Assembly: GCF_001194135.2 (NCBI RefSeq)
Contig: NC_068984.1
Location: 39,105,039 to 39,169,038, forward strand
Direction: 5' to 3'
Source: Octopus bimaculoides
Lineage: Eukaryota
DNA length: 64,000 bases
Below the pieces are notes generated by a model, which did no database searches, was not told where the DNA came from, and saw only the letters and a program-made list of their open reading frames with translations. Numbering within the stretch: the stretch's first letter is position 1; each line of letters starts with the position of its first letter. Position numbers and translations under genes: made by a program. Positions 36,700-50,709 of this stretch are shown one piece after another.

Positions 36700-37215
36700 T
36701 GCAGTAAAGGTATTCTACCAAACAATTGGAAGGAAAGCTGTCTGATGATTGTGTGCTAAGTGCAATGTTGCATGATAGCAAAACATGGGCAATGAATGCA
36801 GAGAGTATAGGAAAGCAGAGAAAAATGAAGTGAGCATAGTTCTCTGGATGTGTTATGCTAGGGTGCCTGAGCATCTTAGCACAACTGAACTGAGAAAAAT
36901 ATTGGGTTTAAGGCAAATCAGATGTAATGGGTGAGAGAGAAGACTACACTGCTGTAAACATGTGATGTCTATGAAACGATGACAGTTGGATAAAGAAGAA
37001 CCAAACGATCCATGTGGAAGGATTATATGGAAAAGGAAGTTACAGGAAAATGTGGTGAAGGCTGAGATCAAGAGGTTAGATCTCATGAAGGAGATGACAA
37101 AGGACTGCAACAAATGGCGAAGTGCTGTACTTGGGAAGACCTGTCCTACCTATGGAAGCATGGAAAAACAGATGCAAAATGATGATGATGATGATGATGA
37201 TTATCACCATCATCA
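36700..37215 (+). mobile_element. Diverged RTE ORF2 C-terminus with (GAT)n tail
   Basis: Similarity to 51130-51540; GATGAT tail at 37179-37201. Confidence 0.6.
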
Positions 37216-39244
37216 TCATTATATAAAAAATTCATTCTAAAAGTTGACAGAATTTTGTTTTAGAATATTAAAAAAAAAAAAAAATTAGCAAAACATTTAT
37301 TCTTAAAAAATGAAAGAGTATTTTATTTCAAAGATCTATGAATTTAATTTTGATTGTTATTCGCCCACATAGGCCTACTCTTGTCCTTTTTTTTTTTTTT
37401 TTTTTTTTTTTAGTTATTTGTACTCCTCTGTGTCCTGCCTCCTTTTACTAAAACCCCCCAAAACATTAGCTTTGGCTTGTATGTTATTGTCATGCAGCCT
37501 AGCCTTGCTAGGTAGGTGTGTTGTTATATCTGGAGTTAAAAGAATGCTTATTCCCAAGTAAACCTAGGAACTCTTCCCTAACTTTTCTTGCTTGACAATA
37601 AAAAGAAGGAAAAGAAACAGTCTGTCTAGGTGGTTTATAAAGCCAAACTGAACTGTACTAGCAGGCTGTAGCAGCAGTAACAACAACAACAACAGCAGCA
37701 GCAGTAGCAGCAGCAGGTGATAGTTTTTCTAATTCAGGTTTACTTTTAAGTGGCAGCTGGAGATTGTAGTGAAGTCATGGGTGGGGGAAATGTGTGGGTC
37801 TTTCCATTCATGCTTGTTAAAACTCACTATCACTCCCTTCTACTTCTTTGCCACTTTTTTTTAAGAGCAAACCCATGCAGCTTGTAAAGCTCACACCACA
37901 GTTTTGTATCTGCTATGATTTGCATAATTAATTATATATTCATACATACATACATACACACATACACATACATACATGCACATATTGTTGATTTTTCTTA
38001 ACATGCATGGCTTTCTGAGTTTACTGTTAAAAATATTTACATACAACTTTATGTACATAAAAATTAAATTTATTGTTGCTGTTATCATTTTTCTCTTATT
38101 TTATTTAATTTATTTTTACATTGATATGGAACTAAAATATTTTACATACTACCTTGGCTACATAGGGAAAATGTTTTACTGTCTTTGTGTGAGCTATTTA
38201 ATTTGAGTAACTCAGCTAGCCTTGTTTAATAAGCAGAATAATGTGTGGTATATTTGAGTATTTTCATAGTTTTAGATTTAAGTAACTTTTAAAAAGTTAA
38301 TTTATCCTTTTTCAAATTCATTTTTAGTTTTAATTTAGGTGTTTGAAAATTATATTTTATCATTGTGTATTGACACCTTTTAGTGTCAATCATGGCTTTT
38401 TCATATTTGATTTAATAATAACAACTGAAATTTATTAAATAAAAAGTGACTTTCCATGAAAGGTATTATTCAATTTTAAATGCAATTTCTGATATTTGTA
38501 CCTTTCTTTCTGAGTAGGAGTTTGATGTGCTTTGAGTCTTTTGGGCTTTCTTTGTTGTAAAGACATGTTTACTATAAAGGTGTGTGATTCCTGGTTGTGC
38601 TGGTGGATATTTTATCTGGGCAAGCTCTTCAGAAAATTTTGGCTTCTATCCTTACTACAGATTCTATTTTCATTTGCAAAATACTCATTCTATTGATTAT
38701 AAAACCTTTTAATCTGAAAATGTTTGAGAAAAAAGAAACAAAAAGTGTGTGGTAGTGAGAGGGGAGCAAATAACAAGAATGGGATCAGGGTATAAAATCT
38801 CGTTTGTTGACCTGTTGTAGGTATGTAGATGAAACCGGATGTTTGAAGTATAGTATAACTGATGTGCTTAGAAACTTTCCTTGTGTGCATACTCAAGGCC
38901 AATATGCTATAGCTTTCTAATGCCCAATCTTTTAGTATTTCTAGCCTTCCTAATTCACTTGATAAATTAGAACAAAATATCATCTAGGTAGGGTTTGGTA
39001 TTGTAAGCAGGTAGATAGGTGTTTCTCTTTCTTGGCACAATATTTGTTTTTCTTGTGGGCAGTAAATTTCATTGAAAACCTATCACTGCATTGTAATTGA
39101 TATACTGTTACATGATGAATTTCAGAGAGTTGAGTTGATATAATTTTAGATGGACATCAAAGAGTAAAAGCTCGCTTGTGAGTCAAGTTCACAACTGAAT
39201 ATTGGTTCCCATTAGTTCTGTTTTATTGCAAATCATATTCCATG

Positions 39245-39430
39245 CTGGGTGAAATGCTTATCGACATTTCGTCTGTTTTTATGTTCTGAGTTCAAATTCC
39301 ACTGAGGTCGACTTTGCCTTTCATCCTTTCGGGGTCAATAAATTAAGTACCAGTTGCATACTAGGGTTGAGCTAATCAACTGGTCCCCTTCCCAAAAGTT
39401 TCGGGCCTTGTGCCTAGAGTCGAAAAGAAT
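39245..39430 (+). mobile_element. SINE family A copy
   Basis: GAGTTCAAATTCCACTGAGGTCGACTTTGCCTTTCATCCTTTCGGGGTCAATAAATTAAGTACCAG. Confidence 0.8.
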
Positions 39431-40079
39431 ACTATTAATCATATCCTTAAAACACATATTAAACTCTATTGTTCAGATGACTCTATCAATTGTAGTGTTT
39501 CTTCATTTACATTGTTTTGAATTTATCATGCATTATCTTATATCTTTGAGATATAAAATAGAATATTTGAACTGGACATGACCAGTTTTAAATGCTAAAG
39601 ACTTAATGTGATAGTTGATTTTTTTTTTTTTGCTTGCACATAATGGCTGGCTGGCCTAACATGATACCCAGTTTAACACTATGACCTATTTCTTGGATGT
39701 CTTTAGAAAAATTTCAGTCTGTTGCAAGCATTTGAACTAGACCCCTGGTTCAACCCCTACACATGGTTTTTTACCTGTGGGAATTACCCTGCTGATAGGG
39801 CTGAGTATAGGGCCACATAAGTCTCCCATTCTAGGAAGAAGTTCTAAGGGAATGAACACTTCTTATTCTTTGATTTACCTTATAAGAAAATTAACAAAAA
39901 TCATCACAATGCTAGTTCCAACTAAGTCTTGCACCATCTCTGGGGAGGGACACAACATCAGTGTAACTAAAGCCATATTAAGGAATTTATGAGTTTTTTT
40001 TTAGAGCTTAATTATTTTGTAAGCCTGAGTAGTTTCTGACTAATTACAAAAGGACAATTATGTCCACCATACAGTATGG

Positions 40080-41050
40080 TTTACTATACCTTTAATTGGA
40101 GACCTGAGAAAAATTTTAAACTACATACAGCCATTGCTCTCTCCCCTCTGCAATAGTCCATCCTTAACTCCTCTCTTATCTGCTACCACTCCCAGTGCCC
40201 TCACATATCTACCATAACCCCCCCCCCCCGTATTATACCTATATTTCTCACCATCACTCGCTACTGTTACCTTTCTCCTATCTCTAATCATCTCTCCTCA
40301 CACTCTTATAAAACTTCCACCCCTTGCCTACTCACCCAGTCCAGTTCACTGTATCACTTCATCTATATTTATCCCCTACTCTACCTTGAGGGTATGTCCC
40401 CACCCCTAACACATCACCACTAACATTTCTTTCACACTGTCTCTATATCTTTCCAACTCTTTGCCTTTTTTTTTTTATCTTTCTCTCTAACTCTCTCCTT
40501 TCTTTTCCAAATTGGGTATCCTTGTATTTTCTCTACAGCAAGACACCTATCTCTGTCCCTCTATTATTTTTTAACCTGCCATCAGCTGGCACAAAACTTC
40601 CTCCCTCAATTATACTCCTTCTCCCAGTCAAGAGGTTTTTGTCTTGCAAGTTACTTGGTGACCCAAATGATGTTGGTGCCATGAAAAGAAGCATCCAGTA
40701 CACTCTGTAAAGTCGTTGTCATTAGGAAGGGCATCCCACCATAGAAACCAACCAAAGTAGGCAACAGAGTTTGGCGCAGTCCTCTGGCTTGCACTATACA
40801 AGGGAGACGACTGCATTGATATTGATATGTAATGCATGTGGATGATAGATGGTTACAAAAGAGTCAGAAGATTAAAGTGGAAAGAAGCTATAGTAGAAGA
40901 CCAAGTGATACATGAGCAGAAGTTGTGAAAATTGATTTCAGGATTATTGACTGAGATGTAGTGTGTTGGAAACCCATCCAACCCAAATAAGCATGAAAAT
41001 GTAGATGTTAAAATGATGATGGTGATGATGATGATGATGATGATGATGAA
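40080..41050 (+). mobile_element. Pyrimidine-rich module (40080-40665) followed by an RTE-like 3' end with (GAT)n tail
   Basis: Shares GCCCTCACATATCTA, CAGCAAGACA.CTAT and GAGG.TTTTG..TTGCAAG.TACTT.GTGACC with 60715-61215(-). Confidence 0.55.
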
Positions 41051-42414
41051 ATTTCTGATTCATTGTTAGGCTGTATCCTCTTTATTGTCTCCTGTAATAC
41101 TTCAACTATTTGCTTGCTCTGTGACACTTTCAGCTCAACATAGCAATTTTTTTTTAACACCCATACTGTAGCCCGTTTCCTATGACTTGTGCTTTTTCTG
41201 TTTCTTCATTCCCAAAGCTTTATCTCTTTCTAGTGGAGCCTTTAGGTTCTGATTTTTCTACTTTAACTAACATAATAATAGGGAGAAGACAAACAATGAA
41301 TATGTCTGAAGGATGCTGTGCTACATTACTGAAGGAATGAGCAATAAAGTTAAACTATAAGTGCTTGAAAAAATGAAATAAAGCAGATTGACCACATTAA
41401 TTTTGGAGCAAGGTCAAAACTTGAGTTAGTTTTAAAAAAAGCTTCTGAAAATTAAAAGCATCAGGAATTCACGTGATATGAATATTTAGTAAGAATGAAT
41501 AAGACTGGTGAGAAAACTTTGCTATGAGGTTATTATGACCTAATCAAGAGTAAGGGTTAACAAACTGAATGACAAGGGATAGGTGAGGAGGCATTAAAGC
41601 ATAACAGTTCATGCCAGCATGGACAGTTAGATATCAACAATACATGTAAAATATTAGAGCTGGATTTATCTTTGTAGCTACATTGGTGTGAAATTATTCT
41701 TTTTCTGTTTTTGACCTACTTTACTGATAGGCCAGGTACTGACTGGTCATTTAGGAAATAAGTTCAAGATTTTTTTCAGATTACCAGCCTCCACAGTTGA
41801 TTGTAGACTTACATTGTGCTGTAGTCTGTATTGTTTGAGAAAAACCCTTGAAATGGAAACTGAACACCTTTTGTTAAGTAAGTCAAATAAAAGTGTTTTG
41901 TTCTCAAAATAAGTGGTGCTCTAAGATGTATTTTAATATCCTTATATCTGCAATAAAGTATGTTACGCTGTTGCTACTTCACAAAGGTTGGATAGTAGCT
42001 CTCACATTACTTAGTAGAATCAAAATTTGCTGCTCTAACTTCAAAAGTAATTTTAGATTACTATTTAAAATATATATTTGTTTTTTGAAGAAGATAATAT
42101 CATGGCTACTTTAGGAGTAATCTAGGCATCACTATTCTTTGATGCTGTATTTCTTAAACTTATTCTTAATATATGAATAACCAACTCATGGATTAATTTA
42201 CTTAGCACTTAGAAAATATATCAAAACTATTTATGTTCAACTATGATGCTGTTATTTCTTATACCAAGATGGGATGGCTGAATTCATAGAGAGCTTAATA
42301 TTTATTGAATTTAGTGACTTAATATGCTATCTTTTTTTTCTTTCTTTCTGTCTCTCTCTCTCTTTCACTCCCTCTTACTCTCTCACATATACATGTGTGT
42401 GTGTATAATATATG

Positions 42415-42445
<31 letters not shown>

Positions 42446-42470
42446 ATATATGTATATACATCATATATAC

Positions 42471-42501
<31 letters not shown>

Positions 42502-42869
42502 GGACTGGATTGGATTGACTATATAAGACTGGGTTGGATTGTAGTGCAATCCTATATTAGATTGCACTGCAGGGCCTCAGATGTTCTCTCCACCAACCAT
42601 GGCCTGATGTAGAGGCCGTGAATTAGAGCTTGAGGTCATACTGGTTTGATGAGTCTAAACTGTCACACTAGTTTGACATGGCTTGGCAGAAGGATGCAGT
42701 TTTTTTATACTCTTGCCCATGAGTAGTTAAGTTGATTACATCAACTCCAGTATTCAACTGATACTTATTTTATTGACCCCAAAAAGATGAAAGGCAAAGT
42801 TGACCATGGCAGAATTTGAACAAAATACCACTAAGCATTCTGCCTGGCATGCTAAAAATTCTGCCAGCT

Positions 42870-42905
<36 letters not shown>

Positions 42906-43984
42906 TGGCACCTTGGGCAAGTGTCTTCTACTATAGCCTCGGGCCGACCAAAGCCTTGTGAGTGGATTGGTAGACGGAAACTGAAAGAAGCCCGTCGTAT
43001 ATATGTATATATATATATATATATNNNNNNNNNNNNNNNNNNNNNNNNNNNNNNNNNNNNNNNNNNNNNNNNNNNNNNNNNNNNNNNNNNNNNNNNNNNN
43101 NNNNNNNNNNNNNNNNNNNNNNNNNNNNNNNNNNNNNNNNNNNNNNNNNNNNNNNNNNNNNNNNNNNNNNNNNNNNNNNNNNNNNNNNNNNNNNNNNNNN
43201 NNNNNNNNNNNNNNNNNNNNNNNNNNNNNNNNNNNNNNNNNNNNNNNNNNNNNNNNNNNNNNNNNNNNNNNNNNNNNNNNNNNNNNNNNNNNNNNNNNNN
43301 NNNNNNNNNNNNNNNNNNNNNNNNNNNNNNNNNNNNNNNNNNNNNNNNNNNNNNNNNNNNNNNNNNNNNNNNNNNNNNNNNNNNNNNNNNNNNNNNNNNN
43401 NNNNNNNNNNNNNNNNNNNNNNNNNNNNNNNNNNNNNNNNNNNNNNNNNNNNNNNNNNNNNNNNNNNNNNNNNNNNNNNNNNNNNNNNNNNNNNNNNNNN
43501 NNNNNNNNNNNNNNNNNNNNNNNNNNNNNNNNNNNNNNNNNNNNNNNNNNNNNNNNNNNNNNNNNNNNNNNNNNNNNNNNNNNNNNNNNNNNNNNNNNNN
43601 NNNNNNNNNNNNNNNNNNNNNNNNNNNNNNNNNNNNNNNNNNNNNNNNNNNNNNNNNNNNNNNNNNNNNNNNNNNNNNNNNNNNNNNNNNNNNNNNNNNN
43701 NNNNNNNNNNNNNNNNNNNNNNNNNNNNNNNNNNNNNNNNNNNNNNNNNNNNNNNNNNNNNNNNNNNNNNNNNNNNNNNNNNNNNNNNNNNNNNNNNNNN
43801 NNNNNNNNNNNNNNNNNNNNNNNNNNNNNNNNNNNNNNNNNNNNNNNNNNNNNNNNNNNNNNNNNNNNNNNNNNNNNNNNNNNNNNNNNNNNNNNNNNNN
43901 NNNNNNNNNNNNNNNNNNNNNNNNNNNNNNNNNNNNNNNNNNNNNNNNNNNNNNNNNNNNNNNNNNNNNNNNNNNNNNNNNNNN

Positions 43985-44020
<36 letters not shown>

Positions 44021-44692
44021 AGCACATCTGTGTGTGTGTGTGTGTGTTTGTGGATGTGTTTTCTTGTGTTGGCATTGCTGGATTCCTGTAAACGAGTGTC
44101 ACCATCATAGAAGTGGTGTCATTTATTTCCAGTCTTCTGTGAAAACATGTCATGTCTTGAGGAACAATTACCTTGCTTGGGAACTAGTGTGGGTTGGTGA
44201 CAAGAAGGACATCTGGCTGGAGAAAATCTGTCTCATTGAATTCTATCTTCTCTATGCATGAGAAAATAGTGTATAAATATATATTTGATAGACTAATCTA
44301 AATGCTAAAGGATTGAGACTTTTCTACTTCTGAATTTAACTTTTTTAATGCAGTCTTGGCTAAGTTATTATAAAGACAAGAATGTTGGAGAAATAATCCT
44401 GATAAACATGGCTAAGCTTATAGAATAGGAGTTAGAGAAAGAGAGAAGAAAGATCTGTTAACACATACTATGACAGAACACACTGACAAGCTCTTAATTT
44501 GGTTGACACATAATAGATGGAGTTTGTCTAAAGTGTTCTAAATTGACATTATAAATTAAGAATTAAGAGTTACAAATCTGCATTATACTTGTGCTATGCT
44601 GTGCTCTTATATTTATGCCATTTTGAACTTGGTACAGAAGAAAGATTAGAATAGTGGGAGTGGTGGAGTATGAAACTAACGTCACTCATTGA

Positions 44693-44724
<32 letters not shown>

Positions 44725-44730
44725 ATATAT

Positions 44731-44774
<44 letters not shown>

Positions 44775-45280
44775 TACACTTTATCGTGCAGTTACTGTTA
44801 ATACTTCATTTAGAGAATTAACATATATATATATATATATATANNNNNNNNNNNNNNNNNNNNNNNNNNNNNNNNNNNNNNNNNNNNNNNNNNNNNNNNN
44901 NNNNNNNNNNNNNNNNNNNNNNNNNNNNNNNNNNNNNNNNNNNNNNNNNNNNNNNNNNNNNNNNNNNNNNNNNNNNNNNNNNNNNNNNNNNNNNNNNNNN
45001 NNNNNNNNNNNNNNNNNNNNNNNNNNNNNNNNNNNNNNNNNNNNNNNNNNNNNNNNNNNNNNNNNNNNNNNNNNNNNNNNNNNNNNNNNNNNNNNNNNNN
45101 NNNNNNTAATATCAGTTACCTGGTATTAAATTGATATTAATTAATATCCAATTTTTTACCCCATTGTTTAATTTATATATATATATATATATATAAAGAT
45201 AAATTAAATATAGAGATATTCTATTGAGATTCAATAATTTATTTATATTACAATATTAGATTAAATACTCTGAATATAAT

Positions 45281-46344
45281 CATCATCATCATCATCATCA
45301 TTTAACGTCCGCTTTCCATGCTGGCATGGGTTGGAGGATTTGACTGGGGACTGGCTAAGCGGATGGCTACACCAGACTCCACTCTGATTTGGTAGAGTTT
45401 CTACAGCTGGATGCCCTTCCTAATGCCAACCACTCTGAGAGTGTAGTGGGTGCTTTTACGTGCCACCGGCATGAGGGCCAGTCCAGTGGTACTGGCAACA
45501 GCCACGCTCAAATGGTGTTTTTTATGTACCACCTGCACAGGAGTCAGTCCAAGTTTTGTTCACATGCCACCGGCACAAGTGCCAGTAAGGCGAAGATGGA
45601 AATGATTGCGCTCAAATGGTGCTTTTTATGTGCCACCGGCACGGGAGTAAGACCGTTGCTCTGGCAGTGATCCCACTTGGATGGTGCTGTTAGCGCTCCA
45701 CTGGCACGGATGCCAGTCATCAAATTTGGTTCAGTTTTGATCTCACTTGCCCCAAAAGGTCTTCACAAGCAGGGTTTTGTGTCCAAAGAAGGAAAGGTAT
45801 GCGTAAGTGGGATGGCCACACCCCTGGTAAAGGCCACGGGTTATGGTCTCACTTGTCTTGTCGGGTCTTCTCACGCACAGCATATTTCCACAGGTCTCGG
45901 TCACTAGTCATTGCCTCGGAGAGGCCTAATGTTCGAAGGTTGTGCTTCACCACTTCATCCCAGGTTTTCTTGGGTCTACCTCTTCCACAGGTACCCTCAA
46001 CTGCTAGGCTGTGGCACTTTTTCACATAGCTATCCTCATCCATTCTCGCCAAGTGACCATACCAATGCAATCGTCTCTCTTGCACACCACAACTGATGCA
46101 TCTTAGGTTCAACTTATCTCCCAAGGTACTTACACTCTGTCGAGTATGCACACTGACAATACACATCCATCGGAGCTTTCTGGCTTCATTCCTTGTGAGC
46201 TTACGCATGTCCTCAGCAGTCACAGCCCATGTTTCACTGCCATGTAGCATGGCTGTTCATACACATGCATCATACAGTCTGACTTTTACTCTGAGCGAGA
46301 GGCCTTTGTCACCAGCAGAGGTAAGAGCTCTCTGAACTTTGCCC
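45281..46344 (-). mobile_element. 5'-truncated (GAT)n-tailed RTE LINE
   Basis: ORF 45849-46250 MLHGSETWAVTAEDMRKL...GRGRPKKTWDEVVK...REKTRQDK*, 3' UTR and (CAT)n. Confidence 0.92.
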
Positions 46345-48454
46345 ATTAGTTAGGATCATTAGTTTAACACCTATCATCTAGTTTTTTTTTCTTTAAAATA
46401 TTGAAAGTTAACCTTTACCTTTGTTTAGTTCTCTTTTTTTTGTTTTTTCTTTAAGTAGCATTATAATATGTTCTCCCCTGAAGGGAGAACTTTATTTTAT
46501 TGCTGATAACATTCCTAGTTGAATTGGTTCATCTTCTCAAAAGTGTACTGCCCAAAGTCACAACAAAATACCTACTGTGGAATTGAACTTCAAATATATG
46601 ATCTAGTAGTGCACTATTATATCGTCTCAGTCAGTTTTATTATGTATAGTTTTGAATACATATATTCATAGATGTATTCATATATGAATACATATACACA
46701 TAAAGACTTTGTAGGTTTTTATTTGTATTTCTGTTTTGATTCTTGGTTTCACATGTAGTTTCATTCAGTTGATAGTTTCTTTTATGTCATGTATAGTATG
46801 TCTTCATTCTGTTATCAGAGAGAGAATTATATTTTCAATGATTTATGTTAGGCTGCAATGCTGTACACTTTACATTGATAAAAAAGACTTAACTATCACA
46901 TATGTACCATTTAGCAATGACCTGAGATGAGAAGGAGCAGCATGTCTACTTCCTATCACATATGTTATGTCTCTTTAGGTGAAACTTCTTTTTATTTTGT
47001 ATGCAAATGTGAGCAATTGTTTTGCATTTTCAATTAGGGTTTTTGTTCTTTTCTTTACTTTGAAACCAATCTTTCCTAATCTGGCTTCTCTCACAGACAA
47101 AGCTTTGTTAGATACATATTTGTTAATCATTCATTCTATACCTTCATGCCTTTATTATTTTTACTTGAAGCCTATTCCACTTTACAGGAGGCTTCAGTGA
47201 AATATCAAGTTTGTGTATTATCAGAGGCGTGTGTGTTCTAAATAATATAATGGGCATTGATTTAGCACTTTTTATTCAGTGTTATCCTTATATTTCTGAT
47301 TTTTATGATATCAAGACAGTTTGTAGTCTGTTGTTTCTGCAGTAAATTTCTTTAACTGATATATTGCAACCTATTTATGGGCTACTTTCTCTTTCCTCTT
47401 ATATAACTAAAATTTAAATAATGAAATATGAGGTTAAGAAAAGCATATATTTTGCCTATATATGCCATGTACAGTTCAGGCTCTTGGTTAATAAAATTCC
47501 AATTGCTTATTTTCAATATTTTCTCTTAAAAGCTAGCACACATTTTGTCTCAATGCTGTTATAAAAGACTATCTCATAAAAGAACACATTATTTGTTTAT
47601 ACTTTATTCCCTCTGTTTAACTTTATTCAAAGACATCTATCTATTTTAAGAATATTAATAGTATTTAAATAATTTATTCTCATAGTTTTCATAAGAATAA
47701 CTATTAGCTACATGTAAAAATAAAAATACTGTCTGTTATGACTGTCTGACACAGTTTTTATGATACAAGTTCTGTAGAATCTTATATTTGTATATTTAAA
47801 ACATTTGTTTTCTTCTTTCCTTCTGCTCTTTTGTTCTGTTCCTATCTTTACTCAACATGCAGCATTTTGTATATAAAAGTTGTAACAAAAAAGGAACAGT
47901 TGAATGTGATTCAGTGCATATTCGACTTAGTGGATAAAAATATGTTTATTGAATTAAAATTGGGAAAATTGGTAGTAATTTCAGTTAATGTCTGTGTAAT
48001 TAACTTCCATTAAGTTTATTTTCCTACCCTTTTTTATTCTTATTTGGTATGTTTTAACATTGTGTGTGTATATGTGTGTCTCTGTGTGTGTATACAAGTA
48101 TACATATATTATATATCATCATTATACTTCTGTTTTCCATGCTGGTATAATTTTGATGGGTTGTCATGGTCTAAGTTCGTTCCTATTTGGAATTACTGTG
48201 TTCCGAGATGCTTGTATGTTTCATTTGGCATGGTTTCTACGACTGGATGTCCTCCTTATCACCAACCACTTTACCAAGTAAACTGGGGTAATTTTATTGT
48301 GGCATTAGCATTAGAGATATTGTCATCTCCTCGACAAAACTAAAGTGTCCTCTCTGCTCCAAGATATCTCCATTTGTTCAAGGCAGACATGACTGAGAGA
48401 GTGAGTAGAAGAAAAAATATAACTACGAATGTTATATGATGAGAAAGGACTTAC

Positions 48455-48508
<54 letters not shown>

Positions 48509-48558
48509 NNNNNNNNNNAAATATAACTACGAATGTTATATGATGAGAAAGGACTTAC

Positions 48559-48601
<43 letters not shown>

Positions 48602-48608
48602 TTTATAT

Positions 48609-48860
48609 ACATCATCATCATCATCATTTAACGTTCGCTTTCCATGCTAGCATGGGTTGGACAATTTGACTGAGGACTGGTGAACCAGGTGGTTACACCA
48701 GGCTCCAATCTGATTTGGCAGAGTTTCTACAGCTGGATGCCCTTCCTAACACCAACCACTCCAAGAGTGTAGTGGGTGCTTTTACGTGCCACCTGCACGA
48801 AGGCCAGTCAGGCCACACTCAAAATGGTGTCTTTTACGTGCCATCGGCACAAGTGCCAGG
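48609..48860 (-). mobile_element. RTE 3' UTR fragment
   Basis: Reverse complement of 51990-52206. Confidence 0.85.
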
Positions 48861-48881
48861 GCACCGGTGCCATCACGATTA

Positions 48882-49075
48882 TATCCAAATTGAGGGTGTG
48901 GAGCAGATAAAATTCAGTCTACATATGTTTTCTTGCTAGCAGATCCTCTGATGTAATAATTACTCAATGAGGGGTACTGAGCTAGCTATTCATCAGGCTG
49001 AAGATACCTAAATTATATGAAGGTCACGTTGTTGTTAAAGAATCCCAAGTTAATTCGCCAAAGATCTAATTTGAA
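48882..49075 (+). repeat. Unclassified repeat; second copy at 63517-63715
   Basis: ATCCAAATTGAGGG.GTG.AGCAG.TAAAAT...CCTCTGATGTAATAAT...GCTAGCTA...GAAGATACCT shared by both copies. Confidence 0.7.
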
Positions 49076-49214
49076 ACCATGAGCTATAAAAAAATTCTTT
49101 CAGCTTATTGAACTTCAATATGGGAAAAGCCTACAATCCTTGTCAATGAATTATTATTGTTCCTGAACATTGATTTTTTTTTAATATCTACCATGGCCTG
49201 TTTGAAGCTTACAA

Positions 49215-49720
49215 ACTTCCTACACTTAGATGCTTGGATTTTATAATTACATATATATGAGGCTGCACCGAGAGTGTAATAGCTAGAATAAGAATAGGAT
49301 GGAGGAAATTCAGAGAGTTGTTACCTCTGTTGGCCATGAAAAGTTTCTCTCTCCGAGTGAAAGGAAGATTGTATGAAGCATGTATATAGACAACAATTCT
49401 ATGTGGTAGTGAGATGTGGGCTCTGAATGCAGAGGACGTACGAAGGTTAGAAAGGAATGTGACTAGTATGTACCGCTGGTGTGTAATGTAAGTGTTCATG
49501 TTCAACAGAGTGTCAGTGTTCTGAGAGAGAAGACTGCGCTGGTTTGGTCATGTGATGCAGATGGATGCCAACAGCTCCATAAAAAAGTGCCAATCTCTTG
49601 AAGTAGATGGAACACGTGGAAATGGAAGACCCAGGAAGACATGGGATAAGTATGTCCTCAGGACGCTGAACCTTTCAGGTGAGATGACAGAGGACTGAGA
49701 TACCTGGTACCTTGCTGTAC
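49215..49720 (+). mobile_element. Diverged RTE ORF2 C-terminal fragment
   Basis: RIGWRKFRELLPLLAMKSFSLRVKGRLYEACI.TTILCGSEMW. Confidence 0.75.
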
Positions 49721-49910
49721 CAAATTTATTTAAATTTGGTCACTATATGGAAAAAGGTAGAAAAAGAAAATATATTCTTCACATGAATATGCTTCTATAT
49801 TTATGTTAGTTTGAAATTTCTAGAAATGTGCTAAGTCTGATTACCTACAACATACTATCAAGAATTTGGGAGTGGGGTTGTATTCATCGTGTTTCACTTT
49901 ACAGCACAAC

Positions 49911-49947
<37 letters not shown>

Positions 49948-50709
49948 TAACACAGTGTTTCTCAACCTTTTGTTAGCTCAGTTCCCCCTTTCACAGAATG
50001 GCATTTATAAATGTCCCTCAACATATTTTACATTAAAACAAACAAATAAAAATCAACAGATTTCTTTTAATCAAACAGAAACTAATTTTGCTCTGTGTTT
50101 TACTATCCTGCTCAATAGGTGCCTCTTTTCAGATATTTGCATGGAGCAGTTCCACCTATATTAAATTTTTATGGGAATTACTAAAGAAGGTGAGGACTTA
50201 TGTAGTGAAATTATATTGGACCTTGGTGCATCATTGTTCATGCTTCTCGTTAGTGAATACAGTGCCATTCAGACAAAAAAAAAAAAAAAAATCCAAATTT
50301 ATTTAAAATATAAGCATTGTACCAAGCATCAATATTTTATTTGAAGAAAACCAGGATCCCTCTAAACACCCAGTACCCTCTAGATATTTGCCACTGCACT
50401 GTGAGCTAATAGTGCCTCCTACAGGGCACTACTCCTAAGTTAAGAAATACTGTTTTAACTCTTTTGATATCAACTAATAGAACCAGACTATTTCTGGTTC
50501 TATGATACAAAATCGTTCATTTTGAAGCATAAGACCTTTTTTAATTATGTTCCAAAGAGTAGTTTTAATACACCAACAAATGATAAAAATGGTTTGTTGT
50601 ATTAAATCTTTGTAAGTTCTTATTTATTTTCAAAATCAATTGAGAGATAAGCAGTATATTTTTTAAGAAATATAGTCATAAAAAGGTAAAATAGATATAT
50701 ATATATACC

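Noticed and set aside
37630-37725. TATAAA followed by a CAG/CAA-rich tract suggesting a polyQ exon
   Set aside because: No convincing ORF or splice pair, and the CDK exons join without it.
42816-44153. Long ORFs of 360-430 aa, and similar ones at 4002, 9610, 14696-15848 and 31727
   Set aside because: They run through N gaps and microsatellites and are artefacts of the ORF track.
48409-48600. Apparent tandem duplications across short gaps (also 29082-29151 and 55361-55634)
   Set aside because: Identical sequence on both sides of an N join indicates unmerged contig overlap, not biology.
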